Source of the DNA: Telmatocola sphagniphila | Lineage (GTDB): Bacteria; Planctomycetota; Planctomycetia; Gemmatales; Gemmataceae | Assembly (NCBI RefSeq): GCF_018398935.1 | Contig: NZ_CP074694.1 | Location: 3,660,001-3,692,000 of the forward strand | Direction: 5' to 3' | Length of the DNA stretch: 32,000 bases | Part shown: positions 19,221 to 27,667 of the stretch, piece by piece | Layout of the letters: each line of letters starts with the position of its first letter | Numbering within the stretch: the first letter of the stretch is position 1 | Position numbers and translations under genes: made by a program | The notes under the pieces: generated by a model | Told to the model about the DNA's origin: nothing | What the model saw: the letters and a program-made list of their open reading frames with translations, nothing else | Databases searched by the model: none

Positions 19221-20669
19221 ATGCTCCCCGATACGTCTTCTCTATGGCCTCAAACCCGCGCACAGAACCGTCGGCAGTTTTTATGCGAGGCGGGCGGCGG
19301 TCTCGGAGCAATAGCTTTAAATTGGTTGATGGCCCAGGACTCCGCAGCGGCTGAGCAAAAGCTCAGTACGAATCCCTTAGCAGCTCGAAAACCACATTTC
19401 TCCCCCAAAGCAAAGCAGGTAATATTCCTGTTCATGGTCGGCGGTCCGAGCCAGATCGATCTATTCGATCCCAAACCCGCTTTGGAAAAATATGCCGGGA
19501 AGCCTCTCCCCGAATCGACCGGCCGTCCGAAAAGCCAGTTTACCGATGGCCAATCTCCACTGCTTCCCAGCACTCGAAAATTCAAACGCCAAGGCAAGAG
19601 CGGGCTTTGGCTCTCCGATTTGATGCCTCACCTGGCCAATTGCGTGGATGACATTTGCTATTTGAACAGCTGCTGGTGCACCAATACGATCCACGCCCCG
19701 GCCATGTACGAACTGCACACCGGCCGCACGCTCATGGGCTACCCCAGTCTGGGTTCGTGGGTCACGTACGGTTTGGGATCGGTGAGCGACAACTTACCCG
19801 CTTATTGCGTCTTGACTCAGCCCGAGGGGGTTCTCGAAGGCGGCGCCCCCTGTTGGGGATCCGGTTTTCTGCCGGCTTTGTATCAGGGGACGGTTTTCCG
19901 GAAAGGCAGTACGCCGATACTGAATCTTCGACCGCCGAATACCATCGGCGAAGAACAGCATAAGCAAACGTTCGATTTCGTAAAGAAATTGAACGAGCGG
20001 CATCCGGACGCCCAGGATTCCGAACTGGCGGCCCGGATCGCCAGCTATGAACTGGCATTTCGGATGCAGCAGCACGCTCCGGAAGCGGTCGACCTCAATC
20101 GCGAATCGGCCAAAACCAAGGAAATGTACGGCCTGAATCGCAAAGAAACCGCCGATTTCGGAACCCGGCTGCTGCTCACACGCCGTTTGATCGAGCGGGG
20201 AGTGCGATTCGTGCAGGTCTACTCCGGGGGCGGTCCGCTGGTGACACAATGGGATGCCCACGACGACCTGAATAGTAATCATGAAAACATGTGTGCCCGC
20301 GTCGATCAGCCGATTGCAGCACTGCTGACCGATCTGAAACAGCGCGATCTGCTGAAAGATACCCTGGTCGTCTGGTGTAGTGAATTTGGACGAACCCCGA
20401 ATACGCAAGGGGGGCGCGGTCGAGATCACAACCCGCTGGGTTATACAATGTGGTTTGCCGGCGGCGGTGTTAAAGGGGGCCAGGCCATCGGAGAAACCGA
20501 TGAATTCGGCCTCAAAGCGGTGAAAGACCGAATTTCAGTCAATGATTTTCATGCCACCCTCTTGCACCTGCTCGGATTGGACCATGAGAAGTTAACTTTC
20601 CGTCATAATAGTCGCGACGAACGCCTGACAGATGTGGCCGGGGAAGTCGTCCAGAAAGTATTCGAATAA
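19221..20669 (+). CDS. DUF1501-domain protein (sulfatase-like fold) with Tat leader
   Basis: Tat motif [18 protein letters not shown]. Characteristic DUF1501 blocks are [33 protein letters not shown] and [19 protein letters not shown]. The track ORF begins at TTG 19119; ATG 19221 is preferred. Confidence 0.9.
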   Translation: MLPDTSSLWPQTRAQNRRQFLCEAGGGLGAIALNWLMAQDSAAAEQKLSTNPLAARKPHFSPKAKQVIFLFMVGGPSQIDLFDPKPALEKYAGKPLPESTGRPKSQFTDGQSPLLPSTRKFKRQGKSGLWLSDLMPHLANCVDDICYLNSCWCTNTIHAPAMYELHTGRTLMGYPSLGSWVTYGLGSVSDNLPAYCVLTQPEGVLEGGAPCWGSGFLPALYQGTVFRKGSTPILNLRPPNTIGEEQHKQTFDFVKKLNERHPDAQDSELAARIASYELAFRMQQHAPEAVDLNRESAKTKEMYGLNRKETADFGTRLLLTRRLIERGVRFVQVYSGGGPLVTQWDAHDDLNSNHENMCARVDQPIAALLTDLKQRDLLKDTLVVWCSEFGRTPNTQGGRGRDHNPLGYTMWFAGGGVKGGQAIGETDEFGLKAVKDRISVNDFHATLLHLLGLDHEKLTFRHNSRDERLTDVAGEVVQKVFE

Positions 20670-20697
20670 ACCGCGCGAGCTGTTCGAAAAGAATCAG

Positions 20698-21225
20698 ATG
20701 CCTGAAGCCAAGCTAAATGAAAGTGAATTGCGAAACCTCATCGAACGGTTGCTCGTTCGCTTTGGGGATTCGATTGAGTTTTGGACTATTGCCTGCTTGA
20801 CACAACAAGATCTGGGCAATCCCCGTCAGTTCATTGCGGAACAATGGGATAGCCTTTCGCGAACCGTGCAGGAGTTGCGTAATCAGATCGCGACATTGAA
20901 CAGTTCGGCTCACCCCGCTCTCAACGAACAGCTGGCGAAACTTGGCATGGCAACGGCGGACTTGCAAAACATTTTCGACGTGCTGGCCAACTATCGCGAG
21001 GTTCCCATTCAGGAACTGGAAGCCGTCATTCATAAATTGAACATCCTGTGGTCGGACTGGAAGAACCGCTTAACGCTGATCTCGGCACTGGTCCCCCTTC
21101 GCGCGCCGCTTCCCGGACTCAGTAGCGAACAGGAAGTTTTTTACCAGCATGCCCTCGACTCGCTGTTTGACCGCTTCTATAGTTCCCGTCAAACCCACGC
21201 GCCCTCCCAGATTTATCGCTCGTAA
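20698..21225 (+). CDS. Hypothetical helical protein (175 aa)
   Basis: An open frame with neighbour-like codon usage and no motif recognised. An alternative ATG at 20632 would overlap the DUF1501 gene by 38 nt. Confidence 0.5.
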   Translation: MPEAKLNESELRNLIERLLVRFGDSIEFWTIACLTQQDLGNPRQFIAEQWDSLSRTVQELRNQIATLNSSAHPALNEQLAKLGMATADLQNIFDVLANYREVPIQELEAVIHKLNILWSDWKNRLTLISALVPLRAPLPGLSSEQEVFYQHALDSLFDRFYSSRQTHAPSQIYRS

Positions 21226-21249
21226 GAACAGCCCATCGAAAGGATTTCC

Positions 21250-22116
21250 ATGCGATACATCCTCCTGAGTCTGCTCCTTTTCGCGGTCCCGGTAACCGCC
21301 CAGGAAACTCCGGCGCGCGAAGTACCCTGCAAGTTGATTCCCGATATCGTCTACGAAAAGGTCAAGGATAAAGAGATCAAAATCGACCTGGCAATCCCAG
21401 CTAAGGGCGAAGGGCCCTTCCCCACGGTGCTCTGCGTGCATGGCGGGGCCTGGCGGCTGGGAAGTCGCAAGGAATTGACGGGGCTGATCAAACTGCTGGC
21501 TTCACAGGGGTATGTGGCCGCCGCGGTGCAGTACCGGCTGGTGCCGGACGTCATGTTTCAGGATCAGATCGAGGATGTAAAAACCTCGGTTCGCTGGTTG
21601 CGAGAAAATGCCAAGCAATATTCCATCGACCCAGATCGGCTCGGCTGCATGGGCTTCTCGGCCGGCGGCCATCTGGTCTGTCTGCTGGGGCTGACCGGTC
21701 CGGATAATGGCTTCGAAGGCAAGCTGTTTCCGAAACAGTCTTCTCGAGTCAAATGCGTTGTGGATTACTTTGGTCCGACCGATCTGAGCGCCTACGGAAA
21801 CGATGAAACGGCCCAAAATAGTGTCTTCGAACCAATGCTCGGCGGACGATTCAAGGACAAGCCAGAACTCTATAAAAAAGCTTCACCGCTGACTTACGTC
21901 CATAAGGATGCGCCGCCCTTTTTGATTATCCATGGAACCAAGGATCATCTGGTGCCGTATAACCAATCGGTTCAACTCGAAGACAAGCTCAAGCAGGTCG
22001 GCGGGAAAGTCAAACTGGTTACCGTCGAAGGGGCCGATCATGGTTTCTTCGGCGAAGATCAGCGGCGAACGACACGGGAAACACTCAAATTCCTCGAAGA
22101 GAATTTGAAAAAATGA
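21250..22116 (+). CDS. Secreted alpha/beta hydrolase (esterase/lipase-like)
   Basis: Signal peptide MRYILLSLLLFAVPVTAQE. Oxyanion-hole motif VHGGAW, nucleophile elbow GFSAGG (GxSxG) and C-terminal HGTKDHLVP with ADHGF (catalytic Asp/His region). Confidence 0.85.
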   Translation: MRYILLSLLLFAVPVTAQETPAREVPCKLIPDIVYEKVKDKEIKIDLAIPAKGEGPFPTVLCVHGGAWRLGSRKELTGLIKLLASQGYVAAAVQYRLVPDVMFQDQIEDVKTSVRWLRENAKQYSIDPDRLGCMGFSAGGHLVCLLGLTGPDNGFEGKLFPKQSSRVKCVVDYFGPTDLSAYGNDETAQNSVFEPMLGGRFKDKPELYKKASPLTYVHKDAPPFLIIHGTKDHLVPYNQSVQLEDKLKQVGGKVKLVTVEGADHGFFGEDQRRTTRETLKFLEENLKK

Positions 22117-22343
22117 AGTTGCTCTTCCAAGTAGCGAATGGACGTCGTACCCAACGGCTCTCAACTTCCCTTCGGGAATCCGCCGTCACTCAGCGCTTTG
22201 CTTTTCGTCGCTCCTACGGTTGGCTGACGGGCCTGATTGTGTTGCCGATAATCGCCCACGGCTGCCATAAAGAGGAAGATCACGAACTCTCGATTGCGCC
22301 GCCAATCGTGAAGAAGCCGCAAAAGATCTTGTCAACCGAGTAG
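22113..22343 (+). CDS. Possible small membrane protein (76 aa), weakly supported
   Basis: Its ATG overlaps the hydrolase stop (ATGA at 22113-22116). There is one hydrophobic segment (WLTGLIVLPIIAHG). No homology was recognised. Confidence 0.25.
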   Translation: MKLLFQVANGRRTQRLSTSLRESAVTQRFAFRRSYGWLTGLIVLPIIAHGCHKEEDHELSIAPPIVKKPQKILSTE

Positions 22344-22451
22344 ACGAGTCTACAATTCAATTTCGTAAAGCCACCTCGAATCGCAATGGCGGGTAAATGT
22401 TTACTCCGTAGCGATCCGTGGTGGTTTTATTTTTTTCATGGAGACAACACC

Positions 22452-23504
22452 ATGCCGACCAAAGCCGACTACCTCAAAGACCCGATCGAACACATCGACA
22501 TTACCAAGTTCAATCCGGTGCCCCTGGTGAACTCCATGAAGAACATGGCGTTTACTGCGCGGGATCTGGCTCGCGCCGCGGATATCACCGATCGCATGCT
22601 CCGCGATGAGGAGTGCGGGGTGATCCTCTGTCTGGCCGGCTCGCTCATCAGTGCCGGTCTGAAAAAAGTCTTCGCCGACGCCATCAAATACAAGATGGTC
22701 GATGCGATTGTCAGCACCGGAGCCAATATCGTCGATCAGGATTTCTTCGAAGCACTCGGCTTCAAGCACTACGTCGGCGAAGAGAAATTACGCAGCGGCA
22801 TGTTCGATGCCGAGCTTCGGGAGCTGGAAATCGACCGCATTTACGACACCCTCATTGACGAAGAACAATTGCGGGTTTGCGACGATGTGATGCACGAAAT
22901 TTCCGATCACCTCGATAGCGGCGTCTATTCTTCCCGCGAATTCATCCGGGCCATGGGCCAGTATCTGGAAACCAAAGGTTGCAAGACCGACAGTTCCATC
23001 GTGTACGAAGCCTACAAGAACGAAGTCCCCATTTTCTGCCCGGCCTTCAGCGATTGCTCGGCCGGCTTCGGTCTGGTCGCTCACCTGCACGCTCGGGGCG
23101 ATGCTCCGAAGATCGCCATCGACAGCGGCAAGGATTTTTACGAACTGACTCGCTGCAAGATGGCCAACCCGACGACGGGTCTGTTCATGGTCGGAGGGGG
23201 AGTTCCAAAGAACTTCGCCCAGGATATCGTGGTGGCCGCCGATGTGCTCGGGCATGACGCCCCGATGCACAAGTATGCCATTCAGATTACCGTAGCCGAC
23301 GTCCGCGATGGCGCTCTGTCGGGCAGTACACTCAAAGAAGCGAGCAGTTGGGGTAAAGTCGATTTGGCTTATGAACAGATGGTCTTCAGCGAAGCGACTT
23401 TGGCAGTGCCCTTGATCATGGGCTATGCCTTCCATCAGGGCGGCTGGAAGAATCGCAAAGGCAAACGATGGGCGGAGATGCTGGAAGGCGTCACCGCAGA
23501 GTAA
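22452..23504 (+). CDS. Deoxyhypusine synthase-like protein (DHS / homospermidine-synthase-related family)
   Basis: DHS-family blocks: ILCLAGSLISAGLKK, VDAIVSTGANIVDQDFFEALG, FMVGGGVPKNFAQD, SGSTLKEASSWGK. ATG 22452 has GGAGA 7 nt upstream; the track start 22386 lacks it. Confidence 0.9.
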   Translation: MPTKADYLKDPIEHIDITKFNPVPLVNSMKNMAFTARDLARAADITDRMLRDEECGVILCLAGSLISAGLKKVFADAIKYKMVDAIVSTGANIVDQDFFEALGFKHYVGEEKLRSGMFDAELRELEIDRIYDTLIDEEQLRVCDDVMHEISDHLDSGVYSSREFIRAMGQYLETKGCKTDSSIVYEAYKNEVPIFCPAFSDCSAGFGLVAHLHARGDAPKIAIDSGKDFYELTRCKMANPTTGLFMVGGGVPKNFAQDIVVAADVLGHDAPMHKYAIQITVADVRDGALSGSTLKEASSWGKVDLAYEQMVFSEATLAVPLIMGYAFHQGGWKNRKGKRWAEMLEGVTAE

Positions 23505-23518
23505 TGTTTTTTGCCCCT

Positions 23519-23546
23519 CGAGGTTCTCGACTTCAGTCGAGAACCT
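23519..23546. terminator. Perfect 12-bp hairpin between convergent DHS-like and MFS/spermidine-synthase genes
   Basis: GAGGTTCTCGAC (23519-23530) / GTCGAGAACCTC (23535-23546) with loop TTCA. It lies in the 54-bp gap between the two stops. A T-run (23505-23511) sits on the upstream + side only. Confidence 0.55.
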
Positions 23547-23558
23547 CCGGTCTTGATC

Positions 23559-26249
23559 TCAATCCCGTTCGGGTTCTTCGCGATCCCGAAACACGCCGCT
23601 CATCAAGTTATCAACGGGAGCGTACTGGTCTCGCAGAAGGATCGGAATGTTTCCAAAAGCCGCTTTCTTCACGGGGGTTGTCATCGCGGCTTCCAGCTTA
23701 TCCGAATCCAGTACGTAGGTGAAGGAAGGATACGCCAGAGCTCCGACGCCCATGGCCGTTTGTCCTCCAAGACGCGACGCGACCTTTTTCCGCAACACGG
23801 CGTGCAGCCCATTCAAATCGATCGGTTGATCGGCCCCGTAAACGATCAAAACGTGTCGGCCGTTAGCCATAATATGCTCACCCCGATCATTGTAGAACGG
23901 CACAGAATCAATGAGGTAAACGTACTTGTAGGTTTCCCGCATGGTTCGCACGGCGGCCCGCCAGAGCACACCATCCCGCACCGAGTCAATCAAGGTTAAG
24001 AGGTACACTCCGTCGGGTGCCAGAATTTTCTTCAAGGCATCGTTATACTCGCGGGTCATCAAGTGGTACGGCACCGAGAGATCGTTCACGGCATCCTGCA
24101 TAATTAAGTGATAATACCCCTTTTGTGCTTTCTCGCTGACGTACTGCCGGCCATCCATGTGAATGGGTGTAATCTGGCTCGGTCGCCGCAGTTTCATTTG
24201 TTCGGAGAGGACGACTCCGACGCTCCCCAGAAGGTAGCCGACTTCGATGCGTCGGCTGGATAAAGCCAGTTTTTCGTAAGCGATCCGGGTTACCCCGGGA
24301 TCGATTTCCACGACATCGGTATGTACTTCGGGCAGAGTGTAATCGACCCAGCGCGGGAATGTGTAACCGCCGCCGCCGATGACGAGGCATTTCGTATCGG
24401 GGTGATGATCCAAAGCCAAGCGGAGCAATTCCCCTTGAATCTCCTCGTGCGTGTAACCCAGAAACGAAGGATCGTCGATATCCACAAACGAATGCGACAA
24501 GTGATCCAAAGAAAGCGAGGCGACGGCTCGCCCGTGATATTCGGAATTGTAATTGACCCGAATCGCATAATAGCGGGTTTCCAGGTCGAAGCGATTCGAA
24601 ATGCTGGGAACCAACATCATGCCGAAGCAAGCCGCCCCGATCACAATGCTGCCAACGAACAACAACACGCTGTTCTTCCAGAGCTTACCCACGAGCGCGG
24701 CCAGTACGCTGAGCACTAAAGCGATGAGAAGAATCATGCTCCAGGTGCCGAGAGAGGCAATCAGGAAATAGCCGGTGACGAAAGTTCCGACGATAGCCCC
24801 GAAGGTACTCACCGCGTAGACCGAACCGGCCACTCGCCCGACGTGGGAGATATCGGGAACGCTCATTCGAATGACTTGCGGGGAAATCATGCCCAGCAGG
24901 AACATGGGAATGAAGAACAGAGCGAAGGTCCAACCCACGATCTGGCGGACGAGATCGTGCCCGACCAGTTGAGTGATGGTTTCGACGTAGCCGTAAGTGA
25001 CATAAAAGGGCTTACCGAAGGGGGGCTCCACCAGCTGATTTTCGTAGATGGTCATCTGCTGGAGTATCGCCGTGATGGCCAGAATGCAGATTGTCGCCAA
25101 ACCGGCACAGAGCAATGTGGTGGAGAGAATATGCGTGCGAGCGATGCCGTTTTTGAGCATTCGAATTTTCTCTTCGGTCGTCGGCAACAGGAGCATGGTG
25201 AGCAGCAGTCCACCGCAACCGGCGCAGATGAGATTGATCCGATAGCCCATGGGTATCTGGATATTTGCCATTTTCTGGATGCGTTCGACCGCGAGCGGGG
25301 CAATTGCCAAACCAATGATCGCACCTAGGGAGAAAAGCAGGATACTGGTAATTAGCCGGTTTCCGATCGCAAGCTGGGCCAAACGCGTGAGCAATTTGCC
25401 CCGGTCGGCGATAATCCCTCCACAGAAATTCCCGAGGGCGGTCCCGGCCAGCATCACACCGATGATTCCAGTCCAGGAATAGAGCGAAACACCCAGAATC
25501 GGGGCCAGATAGCGCGAGGCGGTCAGTTCCAGGGACATGCCGCAGAAGCTGGCGGTAAACACGATGGCATAGGCCCGCCAGAGCTGATTTTTCATCGAAT
25601 CTTCCATCTTCTCCGGCAGTTGATCCGATTTTTCCTCGCGAGGGGCATGGTAACCGATCAGCAGTGTCAAAAATCCCAATACAGCCAGTGAGGCCGCTAC
25701 CCCGAGGCTGATCTGATCGAGCGTGTAGTCGGCCATGAAGTAAAAGCCGGTGAGGTAGTTGCCCAGCAGACAACCGAGCGTACTCAGCGCGAAAATCAAC
25801 CCGGTAATCCGCCCGGCATTGCGAACATCGGAGATCATCAGTTTGATTGTCAGTGGGGTGATGAGGCTCAGGATAAATGCGGGCGCCAGGCAGAAGGCGA
25901 AGGCCAGGGCTGGAATTCGAATCCAGAGCGGCAGGTTCTGGTGGATGTCGGTCGCATTACAAATCCGCATTCCCAACAGCATTGTCAGCGAACAGATAGC
26001 TCCGAGGATCAGCATCCCGGCCAGTGTGCGCGTCGAAGGATATTTATCGGCAATGCGACCGCCCACGGCATTTCCCAGGGCGATGCCGGTGAGAAAGACG
26101 CCGATGACGCTAGTCCAGGTTTCAACGGAAGAACCGATGAAGGGTGCCAGATAACGCCCGGCCAGAAGCTGCAAAACCAAAGAGCCCGCATTGGCCAGAA
26201 AAATGATCAAGGCGGCGACGACCATCATGAATGCCGGAACACGAACCAT
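23559..26249 (-). CDS. Fused MFS-type membrane domain / spermidine synthase-like protein
   Basis: The N-terminal ~560 aa holds about 14-16 TM helices with repeated GxxLGNxxGG(R)IADK motifs. The C-terminal ~330 aa is a spermidine-synthase-like SAM-fold (VIGGGGYTFPRW..., DVVEIDPGV, HLIMQDAVNDLSVPYHLMTREY). The track start is TTG 26369; ATG 26249 (MVRVPAFMM) directly precedes TM1. Confidence 0.85.
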   Translation of the reverse strand: MVRVPAFMMVVAALIIFLANAGSLVLQLLAGRYLAPFIGSSVETWTSVIGVFLTGIALGNAVGGRIADKYPSTRTLAGMLILGAICSLTMLLGMRICNATDIHQNLPLWIRIPALAFAFCLAPAFILSLITPLTIKLMISDVRNAGRITGLIFALSTLGCLLGNYLTGFYFMADYTLDQISLGVAASLAVLGFLTLLIGYHAPREEKSDQLPEKMEDSMKNQLWRAYAIVFTASFCGMSLELTASRYLAPILGVSLYSWTGIIGVMLAGTALGNFCGGIIADRGKLLTRLAQLAIGNRLITSILLFSLGAIIGLAIAPLAVERIQKMANIQIPMGYRINLICAGCGGLLLTMLLLPTTEEKIRMLKNGIARTHILSTTLLCAGLATICILAITAILQQMTIYENQLVEPPFGKPFYVTYGYVETITQLVGHDLVRQIVGWTFALFFIPMFLLGMISPQVIRMSVPDISHVGRVAGSVYAVSTFGAIVGTFVTGYFLIASLGTWSMILLIALVLSVLAALVGKLWKNSVLLFVGSIVIGAACFGMMLVPSISNRFDLETRYYAIRVNYNSEYHGRAVASLSLDHLSHSFVDIDDPSFLGYTHEEIQGELLRLALDHHPDTKCLVIGGGGYTFPRWVDYTLPEVHTDVVEIDPGVTRIAYEKLALSSRRIEVGYLLGSVGVVLSEQMKLRRPSQITPIHMDGRQYVSEKAQKGYYHLIMQDAVNDLSVPYHLMTREYNDALKKILAPDGVYLLTLIDSVRDGVLWRAAVRTMRETYKYVYLIDSVPFYNDRGEHIMANGRHVLIVYGADQPIDLNGLHAVLRKKVASRLGGQTAMGVGALAYPSFTYVLDSDKLEAAMTTPVKKAAFGNIPILLRDQYAPVDNLMSGVFRDREEPERD

Positions 26250-26552
26250 GACAAATCCAGTTGAAGTGGAAGGATATTCGGTTAGTTCTAGGAAATGTGC
26301 GAATGAAAACGAATCGGGGAAGAGGCTCTTTCCAAATTCCTTAATCGATACAACCCCACTCCCAGCCAACGCCCGCCAAAAGACTTTCCCGATAAAATAT
26401 AAATGAGAGAGCGGCGGGACTCCTTTAACTGGAAATCTTCCGCGCGACTTTTCGAGCAGTTAGGGATTTCTTGACAGGGCACCGGCCAAGTCCCTTGCTT
26501 CTCCGTGACTACTATGAGAAGATAAAAAGAGACTCGCGCGGAGGAATCTTTT

Positions 26553-26825
26553 ATGGCTCAAGCTGTCGTCGACCCCAATGAGCTGCGCCGTTTTGCGTCG
26601 GGATTGAAACGATTCAACAACGATTTGCAGGCCAATCTCGCGTCCGTGCACGGTCAACTCCTCGCTCTGGGCGACACCTGGCGCGATCAGGAACATGAGA
26701 AATTCCGGCAGGAATTCGAGGAAACCATTCGCGTCGTCGAACGCTTCATCGACATCGCCAACGAGCACATCCCGTTCCTCATGCGAAAAGCCGAACGCAT
26801 CGAAGAATACCTGCAACAGCGCTAG
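26553..26825 (+). CDS. WXG100/ESAT-6-like small helical protein (90 aa) with W-R-D in place of W-x-G
   Basis: GGAGGA Shine-Dalgarno box 7 nt upstream. Length is 90 aa. N-terminus VVDPNELRRFAS (compare I-x-V-x-P-E-E-L in YukE/EsxA). The central motif W43-R-D-QEHEK-F51-RQE-F55 matches the W-x-G-x5-F-x3-F spacing I recall for EsxA/YukE. Helical heptad character throughout. Confidence 0.7.
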   Translation: MAQAVVDPNELRRFASGLKRFNNDLQANLASVHGQLLALGDTWRDQEHEKFRQEFEETIRVVERFIDIANEHIPFLMRKAERIEEYLQQR

Positions 26826-26840
26826 GCGGGGACTTCAATA

Positions 26841-27359
26841 ATGGCTGCCGACGTTAAATCGATTGCGGCTCTGGAAGACTGGAAAGTCCATCTGGTGAAT
26901 TTCCGAACCGATGGGCTGGAAAGCATTACCGCGCTGCATCTGGAAGTTCAAAAAGCCCTCTCCTGGCTCGAAGATACAGAAGCCTACTGGAAGCGGATGG
27001 TCCGCCAGACGGAAGAGGAACTCGTCGAGGCCAAAGCCGAGTTGGCCCGGCGGGAAATGCCCGATTTCTCTGGAAAAACACCCGATACCACGCTTCACAA
27101 AAAAGCGGTCCAGAAGTGTAAAGCCAAGCTGGAATATTGCCACGATCAGATCGATCTTTGCCGGTCCTGGCGGACGAAACTGCCGCGCATGGTCGGCGAG
27201 GAATTCGAAGGCCCTGCCCGCCGGTTCACTAATTTTATCGAAACTGAACTGGCGCGGGGCATCACTGTTCTCGACAAACAGATCTCCGCACTCGAGAGTT
27301 ATGCCAATATGGGCCAGGTGCCTGCAGCCGCGCCGGCCGCGAAACCGGAGGGGACATGA
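26841..27359 (+). CDS. Helical protein (172 aa) with WXG100-like N-terminal half (W42-L-E ... W50) and coiled-coil extension
   Basis: It starts 15 nt after the upstream stop. Motif SWLEDTEAYW (26964-). It is charged and helical (EEELVEAKAELARRE), with an Ala/Pro tail. Its stop overlaps the next start (ATGA at 27356-27359). Confidence 0.55.
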   Translation: MAADVKSIAALEDWKVHLVNFRTDGLESITALHLEVQKALSWLEDTEAYWKRMVRQTEEELVEAKAELARREMPDFSGKTPDTTLHKKAVQKCKAKLEYCHDQIDLCRSWRTKLPRMVGEEFEGPARRFTNFIETELARGITVLDKQISALESYANMGQVPAAAPAAKPEGT

Positions 27360-27595
27360 AAGTCGATGCGGCCCGGGGTCGACTGTACGACTCCCACAAA
27401 ACTTTGCGACTGCATTGGGAGGACCTTCAGGAGGTCTGGCTCGATGTCGTCAAACAGGAATTCGAAGAGAATCTCTGGGAGCCGATGAATCTTCTGACCC
27501 TCGAAGCTCTGCGAGGGATCGACCGACTGGGACAGATTTTCGCGCAAATGAAGCAGGAATGCGAAGGCGGCGAAAACGTTATGTCCATTTCCTGA
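27356..27595 (+). CDS. Small WXG100-like helical protein (79 aa), likely paralogue of the 90-aa protein
   Basis: W28-L-D-VVKQE-F36 has the same W-x-D-x5-F spacing as ORF 26553. Both share the QEFEE pentapeptide, encoded by near-identical CAGGAATTCGA(G/A)GA. Translationally coupled to the upstream ORF. Confidence 0.55.
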   Translation: MKVDAARGRLYDSHKTLRLHWEDLQEVWLDVVKQEFEENLWEPMNLLTLEALRGIDRLGQIFAQMKQECEGGENVMSIS

Positions 27596-27667
27596 CAGAG
27601 ACAGCCGCCCATTAGCTACCGTTATTTGTTCTCTACAAGCCGACTCGCTGAAAGCACGGTAACATTC

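Noticed and set aside
26471-26476. TTGACA hexamer as the -35 of the operon promoter
   Set aside because: No -10-like hexamer lies at 16-19 nt spacing; the nearest, TACTAT at 26510-26515, is 33 nt away. Planctomycete promoter consensus is also uncertain, so no promoter call is made.
26460-26816. 118-aa antisense ORF opposite the 90-aa WXG100-like gene
   Set aside because: This is a shadow ORF. The + strand ORF has a GGAGGA ribosome-binding site, family-like motifs and operon context. The antisense product has no recognisable features.
26911-27615. 234-aa ORF in an alternative frame spanning the 172-aa and 79-aa genes
   Set aside because: The translation is Arg/Ser/Pro/Gly-rich low complexity, typical of an off-frame read of GC-biased coding DNA. 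It has no Shine-Dalgarno box. It conflicts with two ORFs that have good start contexts and coherent helical sequences.
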